A stretch of 62,908 bases of DNA, filler included, from Globobulimina sp. (GCA_003354225.1; 40 parts of 40 records of this genome joined end to end with filler, not necessarily neighbours in it); one strand, 5' to 3'. Shown: positions 37,885 to 50,174, counted from the first letter of the whole stretch. The notes: a model not told the origin generated them from the sequence alone. Numbers and translations: made by a program.

Positions 37885-38407
37885 TTATTTTTCTTTTCTC
37901 GGAATGGAAAACGGTGACTGCGTCACCGGATAATAATACATTGCATCTCTCCATCCGCCAGTAGCACCACAACATTCTGCTTCATCCCAATATATCACAA
38001 ATGATAAAGTAACATTTGAATCTTGTGTACATTGGAATGTTCGACCCATTGTCGCAGTATTAATACTTAATGGGATACCATAAAACCATCCGTGTAATCG
38101 TCCTAAATCTGAAGTGTTTCTCGTAACATTGCCGATAATACCAAGTGTCGGATCTGTGCTGTGTATGTTCAATTAAATATACGTAACATATGTGTTGATT
38201 CACGTGGTGTTGATAAAAATAATCAGGATACGTATACCGTGTGCACCAATTATCAGTTCCGCAATCATTGCTGTACGCAAAATCATCATGCCATGGACAT
38301 CCACTTTTTATCATCGTCAATGACAACGTTGGATAGGACTCATAGGAGCATATTGCAATTAAAATCAACGTGTTGAACGACAACATGATTGTGCTTAATC
38401 GAAACAA
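37885..38407 (-). CDS. Small secreted Cys-containing protein (intron-split)
   Basis: Signal-like N-terminus; two consecutive ORFs. Confidence 0.45.
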
Positions 38408-38502
38408 AACTTAATGGTTTTCTTGCGCTTTGATCATACTACATACAAAAACAAAAACAAAAAACATTATTAAAAAAAAAAAACAAGTAAACATATCATT
38501 TG

Positions 38503-39291
38503 TTATCTCCGTTTTGGTGGTTTTAATATTATATTTTTACTCCAATCATCCATAGCATCTTTCCACGTAGTCCCAGCAACGTAGAATCGCACCACAACAT
38601 TGTAAGGTGTATACTGTTGATGTAAATAGATCTGATTTAAAATATGTATCCCTTTATCATTAATCTTATAATTTTGCGACAAATCAATATAATTTAATTG
38701 TATCGTATCGTCATTATACGTTTTTGCATAAAAATCCAAAATAGTTTGACACGTTCTATTGGTCAATTTGGTGCAACCGGACAAGCGCAAAAACTGTAAC
38801 TTCTGGCACTTTTTGCTAATGGTTTTCAACAAAACCTGTATCGCTTTATCCGTAATATTGGAGTTATTACACAAGGACAAACCACACAAATTGGACGGTT
38901 TTTTCCTATTCAATAAACCCGCGCAAATCCGATGGATATCCCGATCCTGAAAATTATTGTTTTCTAAACCAATCCAATCGATCGGACAATATGACGGCAC
39001 ATAACATAATATGCTGTACAGCCAATGGGCCAATTCGCCATTTTTATTCTTACAGTCCCTGATAACTAATTGTTCCACGTCGCAGGGAATGGCAATATGC
39101 AAAGCGGCGTCTTGCGCCACACGCGATAAATGACTCGAAAAACTGAAATCCTGTCGATACTTCTCTAAGATTTGCAATCCCCGCGGCCGGTCATCATCGT
39201 ACTCAAAATTGTCATTATCAGCGCCGTACAAATCTTCCTCATCGTCTTCCTCATCCAATATATGACCCTGCGCCTCCTCGTTTTTTTCCTC
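38503..39291 (-). CDS. Leucine-rich repeat protein (RNI/FBXL-like), 5' partial
   Basis: LSLCNNSNITD, LRLSGCTKLTN, IDLSQNYKIND. Confidence 0.85.
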   Translation of the reverse strand, partial: EEKNEEAQGHILDEEDDEEDLYGADNDNFEYDDDRPRGLQILEKYRQDFSFSSHLSRVAQDAALHIAIPCDVEQLVIRDCKNKNGELAHWLYSILCYVPSYCPIDWIGLENNNFQDRDIHRICAGLLNRKKPSNLCGLSLCNNSNITDKAIQVLLKTISKKCQKLQFLRLSGCTKLTNRTCQTILDFYAKTYNDDTIQLNYIDLSQNYKINDKGIHILNQIYLHQQYTPYNVVVRFYVAGTTWKDAMDDWSKNIILKPPKRR

Positions 39292-39499
39292 NNNNNNNNN
39301 NNNNNNNNNNNNNNNNNNNNNNNNNNNNNNNNNNNTTAATTAATTAANNNNNNNNNNNNNNNNNNNNNNNNNNNNNNNNNNNNNNNNNNNNAAAAAAAAA
39401 AAAAGAGAGAAAAAGAGAATTCAAAGTTGATACTTGAGAGTAATAAAAGTCATAAAAAAACACATAGAAAACTGAAAATATTGAAAACCCACACTGTCA

Positions 39500-40866
39500 C
39501 TAACTACCATTAAGCAGCTCGTATAAAATCGCAAGCGCAATGATACAAACAATAATCCAAAATTGCACTTTCGATCTTTTCTGTGAACACTGTATACAAA
39601 TATTGGCCAAATTCTGTGCCAATTGCAACCTCTCCGTCACACTCCGCGACACCAAAATTTGCAATTGCAACTGCGATATTTCCACGTTAGTGCCGCCAGA
39701 CTGCGACAACCGCCTCGGTAACGCGCCGGCAATCCACAGTGAAAATTGTGCAATGTTCTTGGGAGGATGGCCCACGCGCTGATAGAACGCCTCTGTGTTG
39801 CTGCCTTCCTCCTGTTCCACAAAGCGCTCCACAGACAACAATAAGCGATCCATCATATCCGATTCCTTGATATCCATCTCAGAGTCACTGCTTTTCTCCT
39901 CTGCGTTGTTTAGCCATTTGCGAGTCTCGAATTTCAAATTCTCGTTGACGTTGGTTTGCAATTTGGACACGAACTGCCAGAAACTGTCCAGTTCTGTCTT
40001 ATGAGCGCTGGGTATACGGGTTGGCACCGCTGCTTTTTGCCGCAATGTGCGCGACTGTGACAGCTCGGTATTTGTCATATTGATGTCGGGATAGTCGACG
40101 ATTTCCGCAGAGAGTAAGCCAAAGCTGTCGCGTTCTAATTTGATATTGCTTAACTTGACACGTTTCAATCCGATGACTTTTATATGGGAGCGACCGTCTA
40201 GAAAGGAATGGCAATTTTTAATTTGGCATAAAGTGCCAATGGAATGGGGTGTCTGTGCTGGGTAATGCTGGTATTGCATGTAGGAGATAATGAATTTGCT
40301 GTCGCTGTTTAAGATGCGGTTCACCATCACACGGTACTTGGCCTCGAAGATATGGAGCGAGATCTCACAGTATGGGTATTCCGGAGTGCGTGATATGAAG
40401 ATGGGATGGCGCGATTTACGGAAACTTTTGAGATTTTGCATCTGGCGATGGGTGTTTTGTGCGTGTTTAATTGTGGGGGAAAAATGTATATAAGCTTACC
40501 TCTGTTGCTCTGGTTTGGTATGCGTTCGTGTTGTATTTTTCTAATAATTTGGAGATTAAGACGTTTGGAGAATGGGTGATGGTGGCGATGGAAGAGTGTT
40601 GCCGGCAAATGGGACAATTCTTTTTATATTGGAAGGTTTGGTATAGACAGTCGCGACAGTAAGTGTGACCACATTCTAATGTGATGGGTTCGTATAATAG
40701 TTGGTAACATAATGGACAGTCGAAATCATGACGTTGTATATACAGGATTTCGGGTGGGGTTTCATCGTGTGTTTCGTTGTTGGTTTCTAGGCCATGTTGG
40801 TACTGTGATTCACAACCCACAAAATTGGGTCTTCTGTGGACATGGACAAATCACGAGGCAAGCAAG
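39500..40866 (-). CDS. LONRF: LON peptidase N-terminal domain and RING finger protein (intron 40442-40499)
   Basis: C3HC4 RING CPLC..CGHTYCRDC..CPIC, then LHIFEAKYRVM...DGRSHI..G..R. Confidence 0.9.
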
Positions 40867-40966
40867 NNNNNNNNNNNNNNNNNNNNNNNNNNNNNNNNNN
40901 NNNNNNNNNNTTAATTAATTAANNNNNNNNNNNNNNNNNNNNNNNNNNNNNNNNNNNNNNNNNNNN

Positions 40967-42005
40967 TTTTTAGATAAACGGTTTTTGTCCCGTTGCCTTC
41001 GCTTAATGTGAAACTTGGTAATGCGGAGTATGGTTGCCATAAAGCGTCACTGAAATCAGATAGTTCGCTTGCCATATAATATGTTGGATTATTGCTGGCA
41101 GAATTATTCAATGTAACACTACGACTTTTTGTTGAAGAAGAATTATTATTAATTTCAAAACTATCTAAAGTCAGCGCTTCTGGTTTCATCAGGATACTCT
41201 TCCCTGTAATATCTTCTCCTGAATTAATCGTTACATTATCCTCATACCATGGTTGATGTGTTCCGCCACTAAGTGTCAATGCTGCCAAACGATAAGTGCC
41301 AGGTGGGATATCATCTATTTTATAATAACCACTTGAACTTGAATAGTCCGGCCCTCTGACAGTACTACCGCCTCCGTTTTGTTCTAGCCGAACCATAACA
41401 TCATCAATAGGTTGGTTTGTATAATAGTCTTTTACATAGCCACTAATAGAGCCATTACTTTCCCCAACATCTATCCAGTCAAAAGCAATAAAGCCTGATA
41501 CTCCGGGTTCATATATACAATTAGAGCCACTCTTATTACCACAACTCTCCATGGAGGGATCAATTCTGATCTCAGTAATGTAACCAGTCCAGTTCGCACT
41601 ATTTCCCAGATCAATATCTTTTGTTTGCCAGTTGTTATTATTATCTAAATAAAAATAACCTCCATAATGTAGAGTACTACTTGAATTATTCTTAAACCAT
41701 ACATCAACCCTTTTATCAGGACAATATGAGGCTGTTAACATTGAAATTTTACTTCTATCATTCGCACTAACACTCAATCCTGATTGTACCATACCAGGAT
41801 CACTACCGCATGTATCCATATATAGCCTGCCGCATCTAACTCCACCAGGATCACAATCATTACTGTACCTCAAATTGGTATTATCTCCGCGTGGTCTCCA
41901 ACCATCTATAGATGAATCAAATTCCCACAGGGGAGCCCCAAAAACATTGCTATAACTAATAAATAAATTGACTATCAAAAGCATTACACATTTAATAAAT
42001 TTCAT
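40967..42005 (-). CDS. Bacterial secreted/surface protein: CBM-like N-domain, carboxypeptidase-regulatory-like (CnaB) domain, Ig-like repeat; 3' truncated
   Basis: Sec signal; WTGYITEIRIDP; GSISGYVKD..GYYKIDDIPPGTY; INN..T.SRSVTL..LSEGNGTKTVY. Confidence 0.8.
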
Positions 42006-42184
42006 TTTTTTAATCTTTGTAATTACTGCTTGCTAATAGATAATTGAATCGACATGTGATCCAATATAGTTAATTTACATCATTTAATCTAAGCTTGAAA
42101 AAGATAGAAAGGGTTAAGTTCTTCATTCATGACAACCCTTCTTTTTCTTCCTTTCTTCTCCTTAAACAAATATTCTTACCAAAT

Positions 42185-42223
42185 AAAAAAAGCCAAATCA
42201 CCCATCCCATAGGCAACCCGGCT
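42185..42223 (-). terminator. Intrinsic terminator overlapping the riboswitch 3' end
   Basis: Minus strand AGCCGGGUUGCC...GGUGAUUUGGCU followed by a U7 tract. Confidence 0.7.
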
Positions 42224-42340
42224 TTCCACAGCATCAAATACATAATATTACATTAATTCTTCAAAAATAATACTTCTCTTTTCTACTCTCCTAAAACCGT
42301 GGTTTTCCGATTCCGCTTCAGGCGGATTTGATCATCATAA
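42205..42340 (-). promoter_or_regulatory. Divergent cyclic-dinucleotide GEMM-I (c-di-GMP-I-like) riboswitch
   Basis: Minus strand CAAA-UCCGC-CUGAA-GCGGA-AUCGGAAAACCACGG...AGCCGGGUUGCC matches GEMM-I landmarks; located in the 5' leader of a secreted protein gene. Confidence 0.6.
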
Positions 42341-42653
42341 GGATTTCTTTCGCCTTCATCAAAAAATTTTATATTCACTTATTTATGTTCGCGATATAAT
42401 TAACTTTTTTGATGTGTTTAACCACTGAATTATTATATGTGNNNNNNNNNNNNNNNNNNNNNNNNNNNNNNNNNNNNNNNNNNNNTTAATTAATTAANNN
42501 NNNNNNNNNNNNNNNNNNNNNNNNNNNNNNNNNNNNNNNNNCGATGTAAAAAGCGGTGATTCGAATCATATTACGTTCTATTACTAGCGAATCTTCGCCT
42601 CAAAGCGACAAGTGCTTTATCTGATTAATTTAGATCGAGGCAAATCGAAGTGA

Positions 42654-42770
42654 TGCTGGTCGCTGGTTACTTGTTGCTGGTAAAAGGAATCGCCGCGCTC
42701 TGTCATTTTTAATAAAATTGATAGAATACCTTTTTTTAACCAGAATCCAGAGACCAGCAGCCAGTAACAG
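42654..42770. repeat. Imperfect inverted repeat made of 7-bp units (CTGG-containing / CCAG-containing)
   Basis: TGCTGGTCGCTGGTTACTTGTTGCTGGT ... ACCAGAATCCAGAGACCAGCAGCCAGTAAC. Confidence 0.65.
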
Positions 42771-42840
42771 TTTGTTCTTCGAAACACAACATATTGAAAC
42801 TTATTTCGTTTGTGAACTTTTTAGCTATGTAAAACGGTTA

Positions 42841-43344
42841 ATGGATACTATTGCATATCTTTCAGTTGGCTCAAATATTGGCAACAAGGCAAAAAACTGT
42901 CGAAAAGGAATTGAATCTCTTGTTGATACCGGCACATCATTTGTAGTTAAACAGTCCGGATACTATATGACCGAACCTGTTGATTATAAAGACCAGGACT
43001 GGTTTGTTAATGCTGCTGTAAAAATAAAAACCAGCCTTGATCCGTTTCAGCTTTTAACAATTTTAAAATCAATTGAAAATCATGCGGGAAGAAAAGTTGA
43101 ACCAATCCGGTACGGCCCGCGCATTCTTGATCTGGATATTCTATTATATAATGACATGAAATTAAAAACACCAGAGCTTACAATCCCACATCCCAGAATG
43201 CATAAAAGATGTTTTGTATTAAAGCCTCTTTGTGATATAGAACCGAATATTGTTCATCCTGTTTTGCAAAAAGATATAAATTTTCTTTTAAATAATATAA
43301 ACGATACAGATCAAAAGGTTTTACCCTATAAATGCGATTATTAA
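42841..43344 (+). CDS. folK: 2-amino-4-hydroxy-6-hydroxymethyldihydropteridine diphosphokinase
   Basis: AYLSVGSNIG, QDWFVN, GPRILDLDILLY, IPHPRMHKR.FVL.PL. Confidence 0.97.
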   Translation: MDTIAYLSVGSNIGNKAKNCRKGIESLVDTGTSFVVKQSGYYMTEPVDYKDQDWFVNAAVKIKTSLDPFQLLTILKSIENHAGRKVEPIRYGPRILDLDILLYNDMKLKTPELTIPHPRMHKRCFVLKPLCDIEPNIVHPVLQKDINFLLNNINDTDQKVLPYKCDY

Positions 43345-43595
43345 TTTTCTTAGGTCTCATCTATTTATTATACAAGTCATTTAAATCCTGGATGTTCCCA
43401 TCTCAACACCCCAAAAAAACATCTTTTAATCCCAAACCATCTGATATTGTAGATGAAATGGTAAAAGACCCTGTCTGCGGGGTGTATTTTCCCAAAAGAG
43501 ATGGCATGCGACTGAATATTGAAGGAAAATATTTATACTTTTGCTGCGAGAAATGCAGAGAAGAATTCACATCATCAAAAACAAATACGAAATGA
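43332..43595 (+). CDS. Small membrane-anchored YHS/TRASH domain protein
   Basis: N-terminal [12 protein letters not shown]...YFCCEKC. Confidence 0.85.
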   Translation: MRLLIFLGLIYLLYKSFKSWMFPSQHPKKTSFNPKPSDIVDEMVKDPVCGVYFPKRDGMRLNIEGKYLYFCCEKCREEFTSSKTNTK

Positions 43596-43644
43596 TTATT
43601 GTCGATCATCATTTCAAACTGTTTCCATAAGGAGGTTGTCACAA

Positions 43645-44016
43645 ATGAAATTTTTTATCGATACAGCAAACATTGACGAAATTAAAGAAGCAAACAGTAT
43701 GGGCATGGTTGACGGAGTGACAACAAATCCCAGCCTTATTGCCAAAGAAGGTGGTAATTTTGAAGACATTATTAAAGAGATCTGTGATATTGTTAACGGT
43801 CCCATCAGTGCTGAAGTGATAAGCCTAGAAGCAGATGAAATGGCCAAAGAGGCTCGAAAATTAGCCGGAATTCATAACAACATTGTTGTAAAAATTCCAA
43901 TGACAGTGGATGGCATCAAGGCAACCCGGCAACTTGCAGAGGAGGGAATAAAAACAAATGTTACCCTTGTGTTTTCGCCACTTCAAGCTCTTATGGCCGC
44001 CAAGGCAGGCGCAACC
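43645..44016 (+). CDS. fsa: Transaldolase / fructose-6-phosphate aldolase family (3' truncated)
   Basis: [41 protein letters not shown] upstream. Confidence 0.95.
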
Positions 44017-44116
44017 NNNNNNNNNNNNNNNNNNNNNNNNNNNNNNNNNNNNNNNNNNNNTTAATTAATTAANNNNNNNNNNNNNNNNNNNNNNNNNNNN
44101 NNNNNNNNNNNNNNNN

Positions 44117-44480
44117 TCGCTAATGATAGAAACAAAGATACAGCGATTCCTTTCCAAAGTATTGCAAAAAATATCACCACCGAAATTGGCTTATATGATA
44201 CATCAAATTCTTGAGCATATAGTATCCATATTGGGTGCCGGGTTGCTGCCAAAAATACATGACAGACACATACAAAAAACATGCGACCTATAAATTTAGT
44301 TTCTGGCATCAATACCGGCTCTGTCGACTTTTCAATTGTTGAATCAGGTTGATTGGAATTCATTGTTTGCTCATTAAGTCTTTCCATGCTCATATCAATG
44401 AGGTCTTGTTTGATTTCATGTTTTTTCTCCCTTGTTTCTAACTCGTTCTCCCTTGTTTCTAACTCGTTCGATGTTCTCAT
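44117..44480 (-). CDS. Membrane protein N-terminus, possibly an MFS transporter
   Basis: Hydrophilic N-tail with a 7-aa repeat, then two TM helices. Confidence 0.45.
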
Positions 44481-44571
44481 TCTGCAAAGTAAAGATCAAG
44501 TAAGTAAGTAAGGTTAAAAACTGTTCCAAAATAGTAATGTAGTCAAATGTTAATCACAAATCTGTAGAATA

Positions 44572-45591
44572 ATGAATGAATCAATCAAAAGCTATTATGA
44601 ATGTCAACTGAGTCGGGCAACAATACATAAGATTATTAGCCTGCGAGCAAAAAAACAGATTGGTGTGTTTCATATTAAACATCCTCACAAAAAATGGTTG
44701 ATGGATTTAGAATGCTCCATTCAACCGGAAGGAGACGAAGTTTAGATTACATTGTTGTGCACAAAGCTAAATCAATCAATTGCATTTAAAGTAGGCATTG
44801 ATTTCATAATACAATGTAAAACATTGAGTGCCGAATCTTGGATAAATTATTATGGCTTCCAATATGCACAATATTTTCAATGAATAGATTGCAAAATTGG
44901 TGCCAAAAAAGCAAGAAATCAAAATCGTTACGTTTTGGCATTTTAATCAAAAGTTTGCATTTAATTCAACATAAAAAAGCACCCAAAATCATACGCTTTG
45001 ATAACATGTCATTCAATCAAAGATACTTTCAATTGACATGGAAAATTGATGGAGATACAATTCGAAAGTTTTGCTGACTTAAAAGTATCACAATGGCTCA
45101 GATCACCTTTATTCAACAACGCGTGGTGCATTACAATATACCCCAAAGGTGATAAAATTGCTAAAGTGCCTTGGTTCGAACAAGGATATGTTCAGTTAGC
45201 ATTGGATATGGTTTCTACCATCAAAAACGTTGCCAGAATAAATGTTTTCTATAATGCAGTGTTACTGGAAACTAATTCACATTTTTCAAAGCTTAAAGCT
45301 GTTTATGAGGCTTCAAAACAAGACTGTGAATGCCATGCTGCCTTCACTCCAAACACGTTATTAAAATGCAGCGATTTGCTTAAATTGCGCACCATCACAA
45401 TTAAAATGGAAATATATACATTTAGACCATCGCAGTGTGACATAAACGAAAAATACACAGAAATGCTGGTTACATATTGGGACAAAAATTGTACGATAAC
45501 TGCCGTTAAGGAGACTCCACCAACATTGAGTGATATGAACATTAGTTATGAATGGAAAATATGCAATGCTCGATTTAAATCATTTGATAAT
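44572..45591 (+). pseudogene. Tandem MATH/TRAF-like domain gene, 5' part disrupted
   Basis: SPLFNNAWCITIYPKG..YVQLAL in 45046-45591; the upstream part is broken by stops and frame changes. Confidence 0.55.
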
Positions 45592-45846
45592 NNNNNNNNN
45601 NNNNNNNNNNNNNNNNNNNNNNNNNNNNNNNNNNNTTAATTAATTAANNNNNNNNNNNNNNNNNNNNNNNNNNNNNNNNNNNNNNNNNNNNTCAGGATTT
45701 ACTGTGTCAAATTGACCTTCAGCTGCCATTACACCGACTCAGGCTTGAAGTTTAAATTCAATTCAACAATTGAATTATTCAATTCTAACAAAACGTCTAT
45801 TCAACGAACGTCATTGCATTAAAGCCAATTTCTATTCATATTAATT

Positions 45847-47057
45847 ATGTCAAAATCAAACATACACATAACCGCATAGTTTGGTCTCTTTTTTTTTCTA
45901 CTAATAACACCAATATATACAACCATTTACATTTAAATAGTTGGGAAGGTTACACTGAACAAGGATGTGCTTTTCCATTAAATAAAATCTCAGAACACGT
46001 GAATCTAATTCCCATAGCATTCATTCAACCGGTAACAGATTCAGAGGCAAGCTCACCATTAGCAACAACCTGGGCATTTGATGATCAATTTGTATATAAA
46101 AAAGGAGATATTAAGCAATGGATTAAAGAAATTAATGAACGTGGAACAAATCAACGCGTATTATTATCAATATTAGATACCCCGACTTGTCATTGGTATC
46201 CAGATGTGGATATTGATGCATTTGCAAAATCCATTGCAACGGATTGTGACGAATGGGGTGTAGCCGGCATTGATGTTGACGCAGAGTCCGGAATGATATC
46301 GTCAGCAACACAATATGTTAAAACGTTTGTTTTATTAATTAAATCATTAAAGAAATACTTATCCGCTGATAAGATTATTAGCTATACTTGTTATACACAG
46401 TCGCAATTTGATACAGATATCATTAAACAATGCAGAGACGAGATAGCATACATAAATACAATGGCATATTGGGGTGGTAAAGACGCACAAATCGCATTGT
46501 ATCAACATTATGTAAACGACATTGGTGATGCAAATAAAGTTGGTATTGGTGTGAAAGCAGGCAATGGCGGTGATTCTTCACGCTTAGAAACTGTCAAACA
46601 ATGTGCGGAATGGCTGCGAGATAATGATAATATAACACAGAAACGAATGATGCTATGGAGTTTAACGAGGGATATTAAACATATTACAGATATTGAGGAT
46701 GACATGTATTTAGAGACAATTTATACAAATATTATACCCGTAAAAGATAAAATTATTAAACATATTATGCAATATATTGATTATGACATCGATGTTGTGT
46801 CTGCTCAGTGTGGAGTAGTAGGAAATGAGTCAAATGAACCTGAATGGATTATGGTTAAAAACGAAAATCAAATGTTCCGCTCATGGTCCTACATTCCTAC
46901 CAAAAATGGAGTTAAACAGAAGGAAGTTGTCAAAGAACAAAAAACGGGAGATTTGTTTGAGGCTGGCGTACGATGGGATGTGATTGATCCAACCAAAACA
47001 GTTGATGATCAAAAAAGTTGGCGAACATTCTTTTTGCCCTATGATGGGCTGAAATAA
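45847..47057 (+). CDS. Glycoside hydrolase family 18 (chitinase/ENGase-like), intron 45879-45940
   Basis: Catalytic GIDVDAE (DxDxE), NTMAY, MMLWSL; splicing gives MSKSNIHITAYWEGY in frame. Confidence 0.85.
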
Positions 47058-47266
47058 CAATTTGGGCAGAAACGGTTCGTTGTTTCTTTAGTCGCTCTTA
47101 GTTTATCAAGTATGGCAACAGCCTGGTGTCGTGTCCGAGTGTCCGGCGGTAGTTTTTCTACGCTTGNNNNNNNNNNNNNNNNNNNNNNNNNNNNNNNNNN
47201 NNNNNNNNNNTTAATTAATTAANNNNNNNNNNNNNNNNNNNNNNNNNNNNNNNNNNNNNNNNNNNN

Positions 47267-48741
47267 ACGTGATAAGGCGTCAGCTAATAGATTATCTTTT
47301 GACTTTATATAATGGATTTTTGCTTTAATTTTATGTTCGAAGCAAAACCAACATGTCCAACGTACGCAGTCCATCAGGAAAATGTCGTTGGTATTTTTAC
47401 TAATAAAGATTCCTTCGCATGTTTTGTTATCACATCTAAGTATCAGAGATGAGCCGGGGATGAAAGGTGATTTAAATGTATTTAAAGCGGCGATAATTGC
47501 TAACGCTTCAAAATGAGCAATGTGCTGTTTCTGGGAATGAATTGTAATTTTATTGTCATCCAAAAATTTGTGATAATATTCGAGATAAATACTGGGGACT
47601 TGGTCAAAAGCCCAGATGCCTTCGAAGAATGCACCAATACCTGGCTGCCAGTTAGGATGCTCACCATTTGTAGCACCGTCTGTGTATAATAGAAATTCAC
47701 GTTTGTTATATGTGCCAACGACATCATATACGCTCACTCGATCACATTTATATGCGTACAACACCCAAAACTTCGCATCTTTGACATCGTTGTTGTTAAA
47801 ATAGATCGGACCTACCACATCGCCAAATTCTTGCTTGTATTTTGTCAAAATCATCCTAAATCTACGTAAAAATGCAGTGCCAGGCCACATTAATGCTGCC
47901 ATCCATGTTAGTGAACCTAATAAAGATTCGAAGACATCGCTCATTATCATTTGATAACAGATGATTATAACTAATATTAAGAGGACTTTCTTCTTTTTTA
48001 ATGGACCTGGACCTACAGACATGTCCGATGAGTCATATATAAGTCCGCAAATTTCCATGATCCACGAAATGATTTTGCGTTTTGCAGCTTTTTCTATATA
48101 GCCGCACGCCTCTAAAAATTCGAAGAATAAATGCATTAATTCGTTTTCACGTCTTCTTGATGAGTCCGGTGTTGATTTAATGAAACCGACGTGATCGTCA
48201 ATGTAAACGTCGTTGATTATGAGTTCCTTGGATGATAAGTACTGTTTAATCCATTGTTGAAACGCAAAAATCAGTGTTTTACCAAAATCCTGCGTGTGTT
48301 TCGAAGCTGAACGGGATCCACAGATATCACGCGTGTCGCATAGGATAGTATCCATGAATTTATATCCCATGTATTTCCAATCTACTTTGGATATACCTAA
48401 CTGACGGAAGGCATCACTTCCATCTGTTTTAAACATCAAACACCACCGTCCCGCTTTGATCATATGTCGATAGAATGTTTTGCATAAAGGAACTTTCATT
48501 TTAAAGTTGATGGGAGGTATTAATTCATTGATATTGTACGTCCAATAGGGGGAGAAGGAGGCGTGTCGACAGATTCTTGCTTTGCTATATCTTTGTGTCC
48601 ACAACGTAAGGGAGCCCCCAGTTTTCTTGTCGACTGCAACGATGGCAATGAAGTTCTCAATCAACTTATCATGGCCTAATAAAATTGCTGCTGGACCGAC
48701 TTGTCCTGCTTTAACGGCTTCGGCAAAATTCTTGCCAATCT
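47267..48741 (-). mobile_element. DIRS/Ngaro-type (tyrosine recombinase) retrotransposon RT-RNase H region
   Basis: KTD..DAFRQL, YIDD, SLLGSL.W, YTDGA, HIAHFEALA, RCDN, N.LADALSR. Confidence 0.88.
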
Positions 48742-48841
48742 NNNNNNNNNNNNNNNNNNNNNNNNNNNNNNNNNNNNNNNNNNNNTTAATTAATTAANNN
48801 NNNNNNNNNNNNNNNNNNNNNNNNNNNNNNNNNNNNNNNNN

Positions 48842-50030
48842 CAGTAATTTTAACCCATTACATTCTTCATTTTTTGCCTCCAATGCATTATCTAATACAT
48901 TGCTTTTATTTTGTTTCATATTAATTAATTCTCGTAATTCATTGACTTCTTTTTGCGTTGATTCCAATTTTGATTTTAATTTATTAATTTCTTCATTACT
49001 CAGTGTTAATTTTGCTTGTTGTTGCTCCGATTTCTGTGCAAATATAAAAAGTATTTTTGTCATAAATATAGTGATAAATTGAGAAATACACAAAACTTGT
49101 TGCAATAATTGAGACTGTTTTTGTTTGGTTGCACTCGATTCTCGCAATGTTTTCAACGATAATTTAAATTCAGAATTTTCTGCATTCCGTTCCTTCAATT
49201 TCTGTTTGTTCAAAATGTAAAGAGTTATGGCAATGGATAAAAATGTATGTGATATAATGCTAAACTTGTTGTGCTGTATTTATTTGTTGTTGTAATTTAT
49301 TACATTGCTCGTTTTTGCGTTTTAATTGATCCAATAATTTATTTCTTTCCTGTTCAGATAATTGCAATGCCAATTTTAACCCATTGCATTCTTCGTTTTT
49401 TTCATTCAATGCATTGCCTAATACATCGCTTTGATTTTGTTTTATATTCATTAATTCTCGTAATTCATTTACTTCTTTTTGTGTTGATTCCAATTTTTCA
49501 TTAAATTTTGTTTCTTGCTCTTTTACCTTCTGTGCAGGCAACAAATACAAACAATGTTGGGCATAAATAACAGTTATAACACTAAACTTGTTCCAATTCA
49601 GTTTTTTTTGATTGTAGTTTTGATTTTAATTTATTAATCTCCTCATTATTTTGCTGTGTAAATAGGAATTAAAGAAAATCAAATCAAAACTACTGAATCA
49701 CAGAAAGGCAAAAAAAGACTGAACTTGTTGTGATTTCTTTTGTTTTGTGGTGTTGGATAATAGCAATGTATCCACTTCATTTTGTATTAATTTTAATTTT
49801 GATGCCAATGCATTATTTTCTAGAGTCTTTCCTTTCAATTTGATTTCTTGTCGTTTCGCTTTCTGTGAATATAAATGAGATAAAATACAGTCAGATGATA
49901 AAAACACTTAACTTCGGATTCATTTTGTTTTGTAGCAATCAATTGTTGTAATTTATTTATTTCTTTTTGTTTTGATTCCATATTTGATTTCAATGCATTA
50001 TATTTTGTTTCTTGTTTACCGCATTTCTAT
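48842..50030 (-). CDS. Coiled-coil protein made of short duplicated exons
   Basis: KLESTQKEVNELREL..NALE/NEKNEECNGLKL occurs in two exons; several ~55-65-nt GT-AG introns. Confidence 0.65.
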
Positions 50031-50051
50031 ATAAATATAAATAAATTATAT

Positions 50052-50172
50052 AATGGATCGTCAGTAGTTTTGGGCGGAATGCGCAAAAAGGATGTCAGCA
50101 AAGAGGTAAACAAAATACCGCTGCTTGGCGATATACCTATTCTGGGCTGGTTATTCAGATTTGAAGGTGAAG
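50052..50172 (+). other. Bacterial secretin (GspD/PilQ) C-terminal fragment, chimeric
   Basis: Hand translation NGSSVVLGGMRKK..KIPLLGDIPILGWLFR is the secretin signature. Confidence 0.85.
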
Positions 50173-50174
50173 CT

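Noticed and set aside
42718-42840. N-terminal extension of FolK (and likewise of the transaldolase from 43519)
   Set aside because: ORF-caller extensions; family similarity starts at ATG 42841 and at ATG 43645, the latter with an SD.
40967-44016. Bacterial island or operon spanning the secreted protein and folK-fsa
   Set aside because: Two separate contigs, adjacent only through length sorting.
44572-44885. In-frame TAG/TGA as evidence of an alternative genetic code
   Set aside because: Accompanied by frame changes, and other genes end normally at TAA, TAG and TGA; a pseudogene is simpler.
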